A stretch of DNA of 61,420 bases, counting the filler, from Sphacelaria rigidula (Eukaryota), in the NCBI GenBank assembly GCA_964200075.2. It is 11 parts of 11 records of this genome, joined end to end, with 100 filler letters (N's around TTAATTAATTAA, not from the genome) between each part and the next. Parts side by side here need not be neighbours in the genome. Positions count along the whole stretch, not along the records: positions 11,187 to 16,679 come from CAXNAA020026880.1; positions 16,780 to 22,272 come from CAXNAA020026881.1; positions 22,373 to 27,865 come from CAXNAA020026882.1; 8 more parts are not named here. One strand, written 5' to 3'. Below, piece after piece: positions 12,158 through 24,651 of the stretch. Made by a program: the position numbers and the translations under genes. Under the pieces are notes generated by a model that saw only the letters and a list, made by a program, of their open reading frames with translations, did no database searches and was not told the origin of the DNA. How positions within the stretch are numbered: position 1 is the stretch's first letter; every line of letters starts with the position of its first letter.

Positions 12158-13849
12158 CACGATATGAATTTCTCTACTCGGAAGGGGTGGAGCACCCTAA
12201 AATCGGATTAACGTTCTTCGAGGACAAAGAAACGTGATGAACGGACCGGGTACCTAAAACAAAGTGTGGGATCAGGCCTGACAAAACCAATAAATGAATA
12301 ATCTCAATGGAATGCAAGACCGGGGGAGAGAACAAAACAAAGAGGGGAGCAAGATCGACTCCGCGAAAACGTGGAAAGGAAAAGAGAAACGAAAATGAGT
12401 GCTGGAGGAACAAACCGGGCCCACAAGAAAAAAGAGAAGGGGAAAAAGGAAACTGAAACATGAAGGAAAACTGTAAAGGACATACCAGGTCCATAATACG
12501 AAAAAAAAACTCATGAAACATGAAAAAAAAAGAAAAAAAAGGACTGACACAAGAAAAAGGATCAGATCCTACGAAATCAAGAGGAACCAGAACGGAAGAG
12601 GGGAAAAGAACAAATGGAATCCAGACCAGAAAACCGAACAGAGAAAAAAGTACGAGGGTCTAAGGGGAAAGTTCTGATCCAAAAGAACGAGGCAAACAAA
12701 TCGAGAAGGCGGGCCATCTATCTCCCCCCCCTCCCAAATCAAGATCAAACGTCATAAAGGAAATAAAGCCGCAAATGATACAAGGTATATAACCGAGCTC
12801 ATGATCCACGGAAAACCACGAATGAAAACAGACCCGGAGAGAGTAGAAAAACAAAAAATACTGAACAGCTATTCTAATGAAAAGAAAGAGACAGTACTGA
12901 ACTACTTCTCATTACTATATAAAAAAGGAAAGAAGATAGAAAACGCTGCTCGCTCCTGTAATGCAGCACAAAACGGTCTCCTTCTCTCTGCTTCGTACAA
13001 TATTAATGCTTTTCTCTGCTTCGTTCGCTCAATGCCATTGGCTCGCTCGTCTAGGCCACTTGCTGGAGCTCTTCACTTGAAGACTCCACGCGATCTTTGT
13101 CGTCTCATCACTCTCCCGAAGCGTTCGCCGCCGTCGAACACTTGTCATTTGTGCTCAGCTCCGTCAAATCCTCTCAGAATGCGAAACCTATAGGGAACAA
13201 GTTCAGAGCATCACTGCGCGCCAGAGAGACATGGCGTGCTTGGGCGGGACGTCACACTTGATGCCTTGGCTGGGTGGTGCAGAGCCAAAGGGCGTGGAAG
13301 CCGTCCACTCGTGGAAGCGTGAGGCTTTCCAGGACTCCGCTTCCTGGTAGCCCCTGCGACATTGTTCCATCCTGGGCCTTTCCTCGCTATTTCCAACCTG
13401 TTTTTTTCTGGATTTAGACTCGCGACGGTCTTTCAGGGTGAGGAGGTGAGGTTTTGGGTCAAAGGTTGGCGTCGCCTTGAAGTCTGGTGCTCAGGCAAAC
13501 TAGGCGGACCCGTCAGCGATTGAATATCTCACGTGAAGCGGGTAACGATATGCGGTTCGACCTATGGCGGACTATCTTGTGCGTGCGTATTTTGTGCCCT
13601 TGCATCACCACTTCCAGACCACGTGCCGGCATCGATCCTTGTCAACGTTCCATGTACCGTGTGCTAGTGCTGCAGTTTCCTGCCGTTATCATCCCGACCC
13701 GTTGAGGTCTCTCTCTCCGGATCCATCACCAGTCTTACCTCGCATAGGTGCTGTTTGCGCTGTTCTACGAAAGGGTCCAGTCCTATACTATGTTCTTCTT
13801 CTTGTTATATAGGTGCAAGTCAGCTTAGATATATGCGTGGTTTGCGTCG

Positions 13850-14550
13850 ACACGGCAACTTGGGGAGGGAAGCAGCGTGTCAAGTAATGTGCTTGGTTTA
13901 AGGAGCCGATGAGACGTGTTCACCCCACCTGAAGTCATGACTTGCAAAGCTCCAACAACATATCCAGCATCCATCCTTCTGGTCTTACGACTGCGTCCTT
14001 ACCGCGTGGGAGATTTGACGCTTCGGAAAGCGATGCCTTCTTCTAGTCATCTGCCCAAATGGGTGACTACCTTCACGCTAAACTCTTCGCGTTTGTTCAG
14101 CGTATCTTTTGAGGGGCACCGGAAGTTAGGCACATTCCACAGGGGCACGGTCCACCCCGTTGACTTATTTTGATGGCTACGGAAAATCAAATGGGGATCG
14201 GAAAGCGAGGTCAACTGCCCGGCAGATGTATGTATATGAGTGCAACATGACCTCAATCGTTGGCAAGTTGATCACCTCGTTCCATGGGTCCACCGCACGC
14301 CCCTCCCTGATGGTCGTTTGGCGACTTCTTGACCTTTTGGGCCTCCTGCAACTGCATGACAGCACATCTTGCCTGATATATTTCGTACTCGTTGATAAAA
14401 AGAAGCTATCACGCATCGTGGATAGGGTGGCGCCTACTGCTAAATTTTCATGGAATATGTGAAGGAGTGCCAATCAATATTTTTGGAACCGCCGGCAGCC
14501 CCTCATCATCGACTCCCAGGTATTGCTTCTACTTTGTACTCAGATCGCCT
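13850..14550 (-). pseudogene. Degenerate Gypsy/Ty3 LTR-retrotransposon integrase remnant (element probably continues on both sides of the LINE)
   Basis: ORF 14177-14473 reads LALLHIFHENLAVGATL...IRQDVLSCSCRRPKRSRSRQ...PW...AVDLAFRSPFDFP, a decayed HHCC zinc finger leading into an integrase core. Stops follow. Boundaries approximate. Confidence 0.6.
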
Positions 14551-14583
14551 CTCACCTACCTTTTCGGCAGTCGTTTTCCCCTC

Positions 14584-15938
14584 ATGTCCGATGATTCTGT
14601 GGGGATTTCAGGAACAGCAGAAGGATTGCAAAAACAGTTAGAATACACTAGGAAATGGAGAGTGACAGCGAATGTTAACGAATGCGCGGTACTCGTCTGT
14701 AACGAAGATGAGAAAAATTCACTGGAGTTCAAGTGGAAGTGGGGAGGAGAGGAACTGCCGATTGTAGACCAGGATGCATGCCTTGGCGTAGGGATCTCAA
14801 AACACTGTTCTTGGGATACACACATCAACAAAGTAATAGAAAAGGGTAAGGCACAGATGGGAAGGATGGACGTGATCCTCAGAGACCCGCACCTAGACAC
14901 TAGGATCAAGAGATGTATCCCGATGAAGGTGATCGTACCAAAGCTGGAAAATGCAGGAGAAGTATAGGAGGGAAACATGAAATTGGTGAAGAAGTTGGAG
15001 ACAGTACATAAGGCGGCAGCCAAGGAGATACTTGGATACTCGAAAACGACGAGTAATACAGTTTTGAGAGCAGAGCTGGGAATGTACTCAATCAAAACAG
15101 AGACATGAAGAAAATGAGATAGCAATATAGCTTGAAGAACATACAGAGAGAGAGCCTGTCGGCTATAGTTGATAAGCTGTATGGGAAAAAAGTACGAAAG
15201 GGCATGCCATAAGGTGGGATAAAGAAATCGAGAAAGTATGGAAGGAGATAGGAGGAAATCAAGACGAAATACTGTCCATAGCTGAAGGCGCGGGGTACAA
15301 GACAAAAGTAAGAGACGTGATAGAAATAAGGGGGGAAAGGAGCGCTCAGACGTAAGGTAGGCGAGGAAGAAAACCTGGAGATATACGGGGGCTGAGAGAG
15401 GGGATCGGAATGAAAACATATCTGCATGGCCCCGTGGACGCGGCGAAACAAATGAAACTGCGATTTCGGGTGGGGGACTTGGATCTACCAGAAAGAAGAA
15501 AGATATATACAGGTAGTCGTGTGGAGGAGGAAGTAGATGGCACAACTGCCTCTGTGGCAAAGCAATAGAGAGCAGAAGTCATACAGTTGTAGAATGTGAA
15601 CTGTACAAGGAGGAACGGGACGTGCTAGAGGGGGAAATGCAGGACATGAACGAAGGTCGCATCAAATCTTTTGATGTATTAGACAGTAGCGACAAAACAA
15701 TGGTTATACTAGGAGATGGATGGTGGCCACAGACGGCGAAACATGACAGGGGTAAGATATGTAAAGGTTCCTGTGCAATGTATGGGAGAAACGTGATGAG
15801 CTGTGGAAGCAACGTAATGAGCACCGGAATGTTGAAGGTGTCTCTATTATAGGAGTAGGAGCGGTGCTCCGTCTCGAAAGGGATGCGTGGTCAATGGTAA
15901 ACCGACAAAGGCAAGCAACAAATGAGTACGCCCCCCCT
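14584..15938 (+). mobile_element. 5'-truncated, decayed non-LTR retrotransposon (LINE): RT C-terminal part, CCHC knuckle, 3' end
   Basis: SDDSVGISGTAEGLQ (degenerate xADD motif), KWRVTANVNECAVL, LGVGIS..CSWDTHI, and CLCGKAIESRSHTVVEC at 15547-15597. In-frame stops and frameshifts. Confidence 0.85.
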
Positions 15939-18900
15939 CAGGTCCGATTGCACCTGTTCTCGCAAAGGGTCTCCTAGCTGGCGATCAGATTGGAGGTGTT
16001 AGGAAGGGCCTGCAGAGCACGATCAGTCGCCACTGTGTCCAGGTGGAGGTCTGCGGATGAGCTGGGCGTCTCCCCCTGAGGAGAGCACTTCGCTTGCCTT
16101 CGTTCGTTCGCTGACTGTGCGGAATGACCGGTACTCACACCTGTTACGGAACCTTGATCGGTGCTGTGCGGGCGGTCTCGGGTCTACCGCTTGGGGAGCT
16201 ACGTGACGGTACTCGCCAAAACAAATGAGTTGATTTGCTGCGAATGGAGTACAGTGATCTCAAACAAGGGGTAGTTCTAGCTCACCGTTGATGGTGACCA
16301 GAACCTGCTTTGGGTCCGTGGAGAACAGCCCAGTGTCCAGAAAGCCCAGCAGGACAGCTCCCGTTTCTCTGATTCACCCACCTGTTAACCTTACGCTACA
16401 ACCTTACCGATATATATTTAGACCACCTTCTCCGATGTCTAGCAAACCTCTATCGGCTGCGATTGGTAGAGCAGCTGTCGATGCCCCATCTCACCCGTTA
16501 CCCTGAGTTGGCTTTCGTTGCGCTTAACGGTCTTCCCTGAAGTTTGCCATCGCAGGTTTCTCTATACAAATGTACCCGGGGTGTACTTTAGTTCATCAGG
16601 CAACGGACTGCTGCCGAGATAGCCCCCCCCGAACCGGCCAAAAAAGTGCACGGAGGCGATGATCATAAATACCGTTGAANNNNNNNNNNNNNNNNNNNNN
16701 NNNNNNNNNNNNNNNNNNNNNNNTTAATTAATTAANNNNNNNNNNNNNNNNNNNNNNNNNNNNNNNNNNNNNNNNNNNNTTGTCATGAGTCGACTCATCA
16801 TACTAAAACCAAGTAATTTCCAGACGAATCATTTTTTGTCCGACCCTTGCAAAGCTTCATGTCTGCTGAAAGTAGCACCCTCCCGACATATTTTTCGTTA
16901 CAAGCTCTACCCAAGTTGGACTAGCGACCAAGATCCAATACCTTGGAATATGACTTCTGCAGTCTACTTCTAGCAGCTCAACTACAGACCAAGAAGCCCT
17001 CGCGCATTTCTCTCCTACAACGTGGTCTTGACCTTCAGACAGAAGGGCTACAGAATGAATTTTTTCTGCGCTTTGCCGGTGTCCGAGAAAAGTGCAAGTT
17101 TCTGCAAGAAAAAAATTGCGGCCACCACGAAAACGCACGGGTGTGCGCTGGAACCGTCTGAACGAGTACTGCAAGCCGTTCCAAGGTATCAAAACCCTCC
17201 TGCTAGTAGCTACCTTTTAGGGCATCAAACGACGTAAAAGCTCCAATAGTGCGCTTCTCCAGACCCCGTTTTGTTGCTGGTCATGAGGAGCGGCCTCAGC
17301 AACTCAAATGGTTCTCCGCAACCCAAATGATTTTGAACAAGTCTGAGAAGATGTTTCGCATATATCCGAGACCATACGCCACGATCGAAAGTGTTCTTCT
17401 TTGAAGTGGGTGGGTGGTTGGAGGGCGAAAGGGGGGAGAGGGGGGGGGTGCATCGTCGCAGCTAGTTACAGGTGAATATAACTTCGAAGCATGATTTTCC
17501 TCGTGCCGACGAGATACGGCCTCATGCTTCGGCACTAAGGCGTAAGGCTTCACCATTCAAGCAGCCATGCTTTCGTTGCCGAGTATTCGGGTGCTGGCGA
17601 CCCCGTCTGCGGGATTGTCGTAACTCAAGGCGTAGATGGACGCAATTCGGGTGCTAACGCACAGGGAATGACTGCGAGTGCAGCCGCGAGTGCAGCCTTC
17701 ATGTTTCGTTGCGGGACAATCACGCGGCGGTGTCACGACCGTTTTTTTTTAGTAATTTTCCGCGTGCGCATCGACCATGTGGATGTGAGGTCTTACATGA
17801 AGGCGCGCCTCAGGCGATGCCATGAAAAATTTTCTCGCTGTGCAGGCGGTATCTCTCGACCGAAATCAACAACTTCGAACCTCGAAGATTGCCTGTGCCG
17901 CTCATGCATAATCAACGCACCGACCTTGGCCTTACAGCCGTGAAGCAATCAAGAGATCAATCAGTGGACTTCTCGCTTCAACAAGCAGTCTTCACCTCCA
18001 GTGCTACAACAAACACTTGGATGAAGGCGGTTTTAAAACTCACCCCTTCGACGAGAGGGTTCACCAATATATCGCTTTCTGTGGGCATGTTGGCTTTTCC
18101 GGCTTCCGGCAGTACAGGTTGACAGCTACACAGTTACACCAGGGGTGTTTTACTCCGTATATAGCGGTAAGGTGACAATAAGGCAGCATGAATAGCTGAG
18201 TCGAGTCCTTCTTAACTTGTCAGGCTAAAGTTAGAAAACGTACAATCCGCCAAATCCGCCAGAGTTTCCCCATGGCGACATTGACAATGAAGACGACATG
18301 AGGTGACGCACGCGCTGGCACTCTATACAGNNNNNNNNNNGGAAGCGCCCTCAGAGTGTACGCAGCACACTGGGTGTATGAAATGACAGTCAGTATCATC
18401 AGAACGGCCCAACACGATCACCAAGCAATTGAGGGCACGGTTCTTACAAGGTGTGAATTGAGAAGTTTGATACTCAGATCCCGAGTAATGCACCCAAGTC
18501 CCCAAGTGCAGACGGCGCTATTGCTGCTGCCTTGTGGACTCTTCTCTGAAGTAATGAAGTACTCCAACCTGACCTGCATACCACCACGCCAAGCCAACGT
18601 GGGCGATACGCGGTGTGATCAGACATGCTCCGCAAACATCATTCTCGTCTGGTTCACGTATTTGGTACTCGTGGAGCCAACGCGTGTGAGTGTACAAGTG
18701 GGAAAACATGCGGTTCTCAGGTTGTTGTGGGCGCCAGACACACGAAGCTACTGCGGCGCTGGAAAGCAACGTTCCTGACACTCTAGCTACCTACACAACG
18801 ACAGACGAACGTTGCGTTTGTTGGGGCAGCTTTGAATTTATTTTGACCAGGCAACCCAACCCTTTCAACTCCCGTCCTCCACGCGCTGGGGTGTGCATGT

Positions 18901-19216
18901 ATGTCAGAGGCCGATATGTGCGGTAAGGGGGCCAGGTCATGAGCTTTCATGTTGCAGCACATGAACGCTTTGTCATGTTGTAAGCCACGAGGCAAAATAC
19001 GCACTCTTATCAGCGACCAACGTGGAGCTTCAAACACGCTGCCTATACCCATTCCGAGCAAATGCGGTCGACAACACCTGCGGTAGCTTCGTGCTGTGCA
19101 GTACAGTACAACGTTGTGCGAGGTGACGGCAGTCAGCGGCAGCCCGTCTCTGCTTTGACGTGAATATCTGCGTCGGTCAGACCGACGACCACGAACATGA
19201 GTAACGAAACACCCAC

Positions 19217-19312
19217 CTGGAACGATGTCCTGAAAGCGACGGAGCTTACGAATCCGGCTGCCCTTGAAGCAGAAAGTGCCAGGCAAGAAGCCACCAATCC
19301 TGTGGAAACCAT
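19217..19312 (-). CDS. Candidate first coding exon of a plastid-targeted protein (identity unknown)
   Basis: MVSTGLVASCLALSASRAAG|FVSSVAFRTSFQ then GT donor: signal-peptide-like stretch followed by Phe, as in heterokont ASAFAP-type presequences. Possible further exons at about 18700-18790, 18495-18572 and 18043-18126 could not be assembled confidently. Confidence 0.4.
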
Positions 19313-19992
19313 AACACTGTTGGGTATAGTACCTCACTCACACTTGTTGTTACAGTGCAGTGGCGTGACTGTGTGCTGTATACTAGTATTGTAAAGGATT
19401 CTACGCCCTCTAACTATATTCGCAGAATACCATTACGCACTATTCTTCACATCTACTGTTCTCTGACCCGTAGTGAACTCTACTATCAGCTCGATCGCCC
19501 AACGGAATCAAATTGGGTCAGATGCCCACAAATTTCGAAGAGAACTGAATCAGTGCAACCTGAGTATATCTTTCAAAACTGCCGTTTCATATCGTTGGAT
19601 AATCATCTGAGACCACAGAAACAGAGTTGCCAGGGTCCAGCAAGTGGCATATACCTACCATGTACTTGTGAGTTAAAGCTTATAACCTCTCTCCCGCCAG
19701 GGAGATATCGTGATTGTATCACACACCCTTTGCCACGTACTCTCGCCCACGCGCGAATATATATAGCATGAGCTTTTTTCAGCACGCATTATAGCTTACC
19801 ATCACAGGCAATTTACTGTCGGGTGATGGCCTTCACCGAGAACTCCTCGCAACGAGGCGAAAGGAAATGTATGACCAACGGGCCTGATAGGCACATTGGC
19901 GAGCGTGTGTGGCGTGTAGTAGCTGGGCCTGAGCTTTTTGAAAGCACAGCTGGAAGAGAAATGCAATGAAAAGTAGGACGTGAAGAGCAGAC

Positions 19993-21418
19993 ATGATGAC
20001 ACAAAGTAGCATCCGCAGATTGGACGCAACAACAGCTACTTACAACGAGTTTGCGGAGATTATGCTGGCCAACGAGCCGGTGAGCCTTCTGCAAGCTTCT
20101 TCCGCTCAATACTTGCTGCAAACATAGCTGTGCATGTTTGGCGGCAACCTACCCAAACTCTGCGCTAGTCGCTGGTACGCCTTTATTCCGTGCTCACTGA
20201 GTGGGCCACCGCTCCCCTACAGGTGCCACTGCTGCAAGTAGGGAGATATTGCAATTAAATGCCGGTTTTGTGAATTGTGCATTAGAACAGTTGTTCGAGT
20301 TGTACGGGAGAAGGGACAGCGCACTGTCTGTATTTTGCGCGATGTTGCATTGCGACGTAAAAGTATCCAGTAGTACTTTCCCAACAGTAGTTGTGCAGCG
20401 TGCTGCACCACTGCGCTCAGTGATGATCCATGCTTCTGAGCCATTCTAGCAATGAAAGCCCGTGGCTACTTACTGTGACCGTGGCTGCTTCTGCGATGTT
20501 CCATTTGTTGCTGTGCTGCGCTGGGTCGACCTACGGAGGAACGACAAACTGTAGCCCATCAGTACAGCACCATCGTTCCGACCCGCGGTCATACTAAAAG
20601 AAAAGGGCAAAGTCTTTGATCGCATGCACAGGGATGCCCACCCCCAATTGCATGTGCTCACGTACGGATTCAACAATTCGCGTATCAACTATAACAGCCG
20701 ATAACCAGGGTCAACGTCTGAATGTTACAGTTCGTGACCGAGTTCGCTGTGCTAAAAATCATGTCTGACTGAAAGATGTGTGTTGTTCTATAGCGAGGGA
20801 TGAGGGGAGCTTAGCCTCCATTTTCACTTTACAAGTATTTGAGCGGAGTCGTTAACCAGCAGTGGGATACGTTTAGTATCAAGTGCCAATGCCGTTTATC
20901 TTGCGATATCTGCAGGCCATCCTGCAAGATTTCGCCTGGCTCCTTCCGTCGTTCGCGACTTGGCAAAGCGAAGGTCACGCGAACGTGGATCTCCTGCGAC
21001 GGGAGTTCGGAGATATGACGGTTCCGGTAAGAGCAACGTTTTTCAAGCTATCACCCGTAAGGTAGCAGTACATTCGTACTCACTACCCGCCTTCCTCCAC
21101 AATGTGTAGCCGCCCTGGCCTCATCGCCAAAACCAGCACATTTTGCTCCACAGGCACTCATTAAACATTGATGGTGTTGGCGTATCAATTCCGGTTGCAC
21201 GATTCGCGTGTGCTTCACAGGCCACTTGCGCCGGCATCGAATACACTTCAATTTTGTTCATAGTTGCATGCCAGCAAACTATGATGAATTATTTAGGATA
21301 CAGCTCCGTTGCTTTCGCGGTTTCCCTCCGTTCTGCGTCATGTCCCGCGAAATGATGCAGGTCGTCGAGTGCTCGTCAGAGGGATATGGAGAGCAACGAC
21401 GGACATCCATGTCGTTGA
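19993..21418 (+). CDS. JMJD4: JMJD4-like JmjC 2-oxoglutarate/Fe(II) oxygenase, N-terminal part. Exons 19993-20079, 20916-21026, 21361-21418
   Basis: Spliced MMTQSSIRRLDATTATYNEFAEIMLANEP|AILQDFAWLLPSFATWQSEGHANVDLLRREFGDMTVP|VVECSSEGYGEQRRTSMSL matches the JMJD4 N-terminal pattern (Y..F....L..N.P.I...W...L...(F/Y)GD..VPV..C....Y). Canonical phase-0 splice sites. Catalytic JmjC core not present on this scaffold. Confidence 0.7.
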
Positions 21419-22719
21419 GTAAGTGACTTAACTCTTTCGAAACTGTCCTCTCGCATCCTCGGGTCAGACGCCTCATTATTCACAGGCGCCCATGGTTGCG
21501 GAGGAATGACAAAGAAAACATCTACAGTCATGTGAAATACGCAGACATTGCGGGCACCCCGCGATGGTTGAGACAGTTCCGTCCAGTAGCACTCTCGGGG
21601 TGAGCAGGTTCAACTGTGTGATAGAACTATCGTCAGTTTGTAGGAGCCACTTTACTTTCATGTGCGGAGTGATTACTCGTATGACATGCAAACCGGAGAC
21701 GAAGCCATTACAGGAGCAGGCCCAACCGTGCGCTGTTTGAGATACCCGAGCCGACAGGTTCGCTACCCTATTTCGTCCCTAAAATCATGGGGTATACCCT
21801 AATTTTCCTACAGAACGAATAAAAGCAGCACCCGCTTGCTGCACAGTGAAGTTGTACATGACCCGTTTGTGCTGACACACCAGGGACAGCAGTGGAGGAA
21901 CGCAAAGCACCGGTACACCCTCCTTTCATTCCCCCTAATGGTATTAGGACCACGGCATGCATGATCATGAGTGCACCCCCCCTCGTACCCCTAGTTAGCC
22001 CAGTCCGGCGAGAACCCGGTGTGCTCCGTCCCGGCTTTGTGGGGGCGGACCCCCGGTGGCTTTGGCGTCGGTTGGCGATGACGCTGTAAAACACGCCACT
22101 TACTGCGTAAGCTAGGCAACCAGGTTGCCGCTTTTGTTTTGCGCGCTTGCGTTTTTTTCGCGGTAACGATGATGGTGGTCGAGCTAGATCATGTTGTGCG
22201 GGGTGGGAGAACCTCAACTCCGCACAATGGGGATGATCGTACCACGTAGTGTTTGAATGGTGAGACACCCATNNNNNNNNNNNNNNNNNNNNNNNNNNNN
22301 NNNNNNNNNNNNNNNNTTAATTAATTAANNNNNNNNNNNNNNNNNNNNNNNNNNNNNNNNNNNNNNNNNNNNTTATCCATCAATACCTATTACCGCCATC
22401 AATAGATTTGGTGAGACGTCTATCGGTAGCCTCTGCCGCCAACGATGCATTTTTGGTATCTACCAATCTGGGCATTGCCGTCAACAATCGATTGCTCTCG
22501 AGAGCACCTATCGACAGCCAGTGACGCCAACGATAGGTTTTGAGAAATAGATTGCTCGCTGCAGTGGTCTCATGATATCAACGGCAATAATACCCCTTAC
22601 ACATGAACACGCAACGACCCGAGGCGATAGCTGGCCATAGTTTCTGAGGAATAAGGCGGAAACATGAAATCGAAAAATAATGTGCATACATAGCGCTAGC
22701 GATCGACGCCATTCAGCTA

Positions 22720-22945
22720 CCTTTGTGGTCAGCAATAGATATTGGTGGCCGTGATTCAATTTGCATTGTGACCACCAGTAGACATTGACGGCCGCGATTC
22801 AGATTCTTTTGTGACCCTAAGTAGACATTGGTGGGCGCAATGGGTATCCTATTGTGACCAACAATATGTATTGGTGGCCGCGTGGCAGATCCTTTTGTGA
22901 TCGGCAATAAACATTGGTGGCCACAATTCAGGGCTTTTTGCAACA
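22720..22945 (+). repeat. Degenerate ~42-bp tandem repeats within a larger TE-like repeat region (about 22373-23590)
   Basis: Recurrent TTGTGA.C..CA(A/G)TAGACATTG(G)TGGCCG unit, about 5 copies. Surrounding ATCGATAGAC and CTATTGTC motifs. Confidence 0.7.
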
Positions 22946-24228
22946 AATAAAATGTATCGATAGACAACTGAGCCCCTCCATTGTCACGGCAATGATACAT
23001 CATGTCCCTTGTCCGGAATCTATTGTCGCCTACAATAGCTATCGATAGACTTCGATGCCAGTCGATTATGACTGACAATGAACATTGGCAGTCAAATTTT
23101 CAGGGCTATTGCAGCGCCAATGTTTTATTACATAGTCTATTGTCCAGTCTATTGTCCAGGGTATAAGTACATCTTACCCACACAGAAGAGTACTGTAAGC
23201 GCTCATGTCCATCAGAGGGACAGCCATAAGTACCAACACCACACCAACAACAAAAATTGTACACTTACGTCTACACATGTTGCGGATTCCTACAAAATAC
23301 AAGCGTTCCAAATTTGTAGGAACGCGATGTCATATATTCACAAGTAGTATAATTATATACCCACTGCCGATCGATGCATTTGGTCGGCCGCGAGAGATTT
23401 CGGTGTAGGGCCATAGCAGACTGTTGCCCAGAGAACAGTGTGGGAAACTGGTCTATCGATAGATTGCCAACGACAGTAGAAAGCGAAACTTGCCGATCGA
23501 TGGCCATTACGGACGACAACATTGGCATCTACTGCAGCAGATTCTATTGCTATCGCAAAAGATGCCGTCTATTGTCCGGGGTGTGCAATGTGCTCAACTC
23601 CAAAATCTACAAAAACGGGGCGTTGACAATCGGGATGCGTGATCTGTACTGTTTCTCTCTTGTGTGTTCCCTACTCCTCTTTTGGCAAGACGCCACAATC
23701 CCTCATTGTGGATCAGAACTACGTTGATACATTTTTTTCTTTGTATATTGTACAGCACAAAGTAGCGCCTGTTTAGGTGGAGGTGTAAGGACGGTCCAGT
23801 ACTCAGCAACATTATTTCGGAACAGTATATCCGGCAGGCGCGCTACGGACTTATATCGACGCACCATACGCACTATGGAAGCGTACCGAACAATCCATGT
23901 TGGCGTGTGGAGCAGCAACGTAGCCTCCGACGCGGAATCAAGTCTAAGGCTAAGCCTAAGCACTGACCATGATGACAGCGAATTCTGCACCATTTACGGC
24001 CACCGTCACCTCTCGTGTCTGTCTGAACCGGAACACCAGTTCTATTATACTGTAGTATAATAGTACATTATGATACACAGGATCAGGGTGTATTTTTCAT
24101 GTCCCGCTGGTGGCTCAGTGTTACTCGAAAGGATATACATACATCACCAGTAAGACACGGCAGGCTTCAAGTGACAGACACACCCAACGATGTAAACAAA
24201 CTACTATTCTTCCTTTTACACTTCACAC

Positions 24229-24651
24229 CATGAGATACTCGTAGTCAGCATCGAAGAACTTCTCCTCCCCGTCCTCCGATCCACGCTCGGTCACGTCATC
24301 GCCGCTGCCCTCCCTCGGCACCTTCCTTGACCACGCCCCCGAGTAATACTTGCCGTCCGAGCTGTTTCTCCGGTTTCTCCATTCCACACCATCCCCCATG
24401 CTGCTGTTACCACCTGCTTCTGCTACTGCTCCCGCACCCCCGATCGCTGCTGCAGCCGTCCCGAATCCTAGAAAAGCAGCGTTGCCTCTACGAGCCCCGC
24501 CGCCGGTTCCGGTACCTCGGTCGTGATTCCTCGTGGCGGTGCGCCATGCGGAGGCGGCAGAGATTGCTGTGGGGGTCATCCGGCGTGCAGTTTGCTGGAC
24601 ATAAAAAGCAGCAGTAGCTTCTATCGCTTCTACTACTCTTCTTGATGCCAT
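24229..24651 (-). CDS. Probable first coding exon of an unidentified protein (possible mitochondrial targeting)
   Basis: 141 open codons MASRRVVEAIEATAAFYVQQTARRM...FLGFGTAAAAIGG...EEKFFDADYEYLM ending at a GTGTGA donor. Arg/Ala/Thr-rich N-terminus, short hydrophobic segment, coding-like composition. Confidence 0.6.

Noticed and set aside
12200..12940. Hydrophobic minus-strand ORFs suggesting membrane proteins
   Set aside because: Produced by an A/G-rich low-complexity tract, probably non-coding TE-associated sequence.
14556..15560. 334-aa minus-strand ORF
   Set aside because: Antisense to the purine-rich LINE strand; Leu/Ser/Phe-rich artefact of strand bias.
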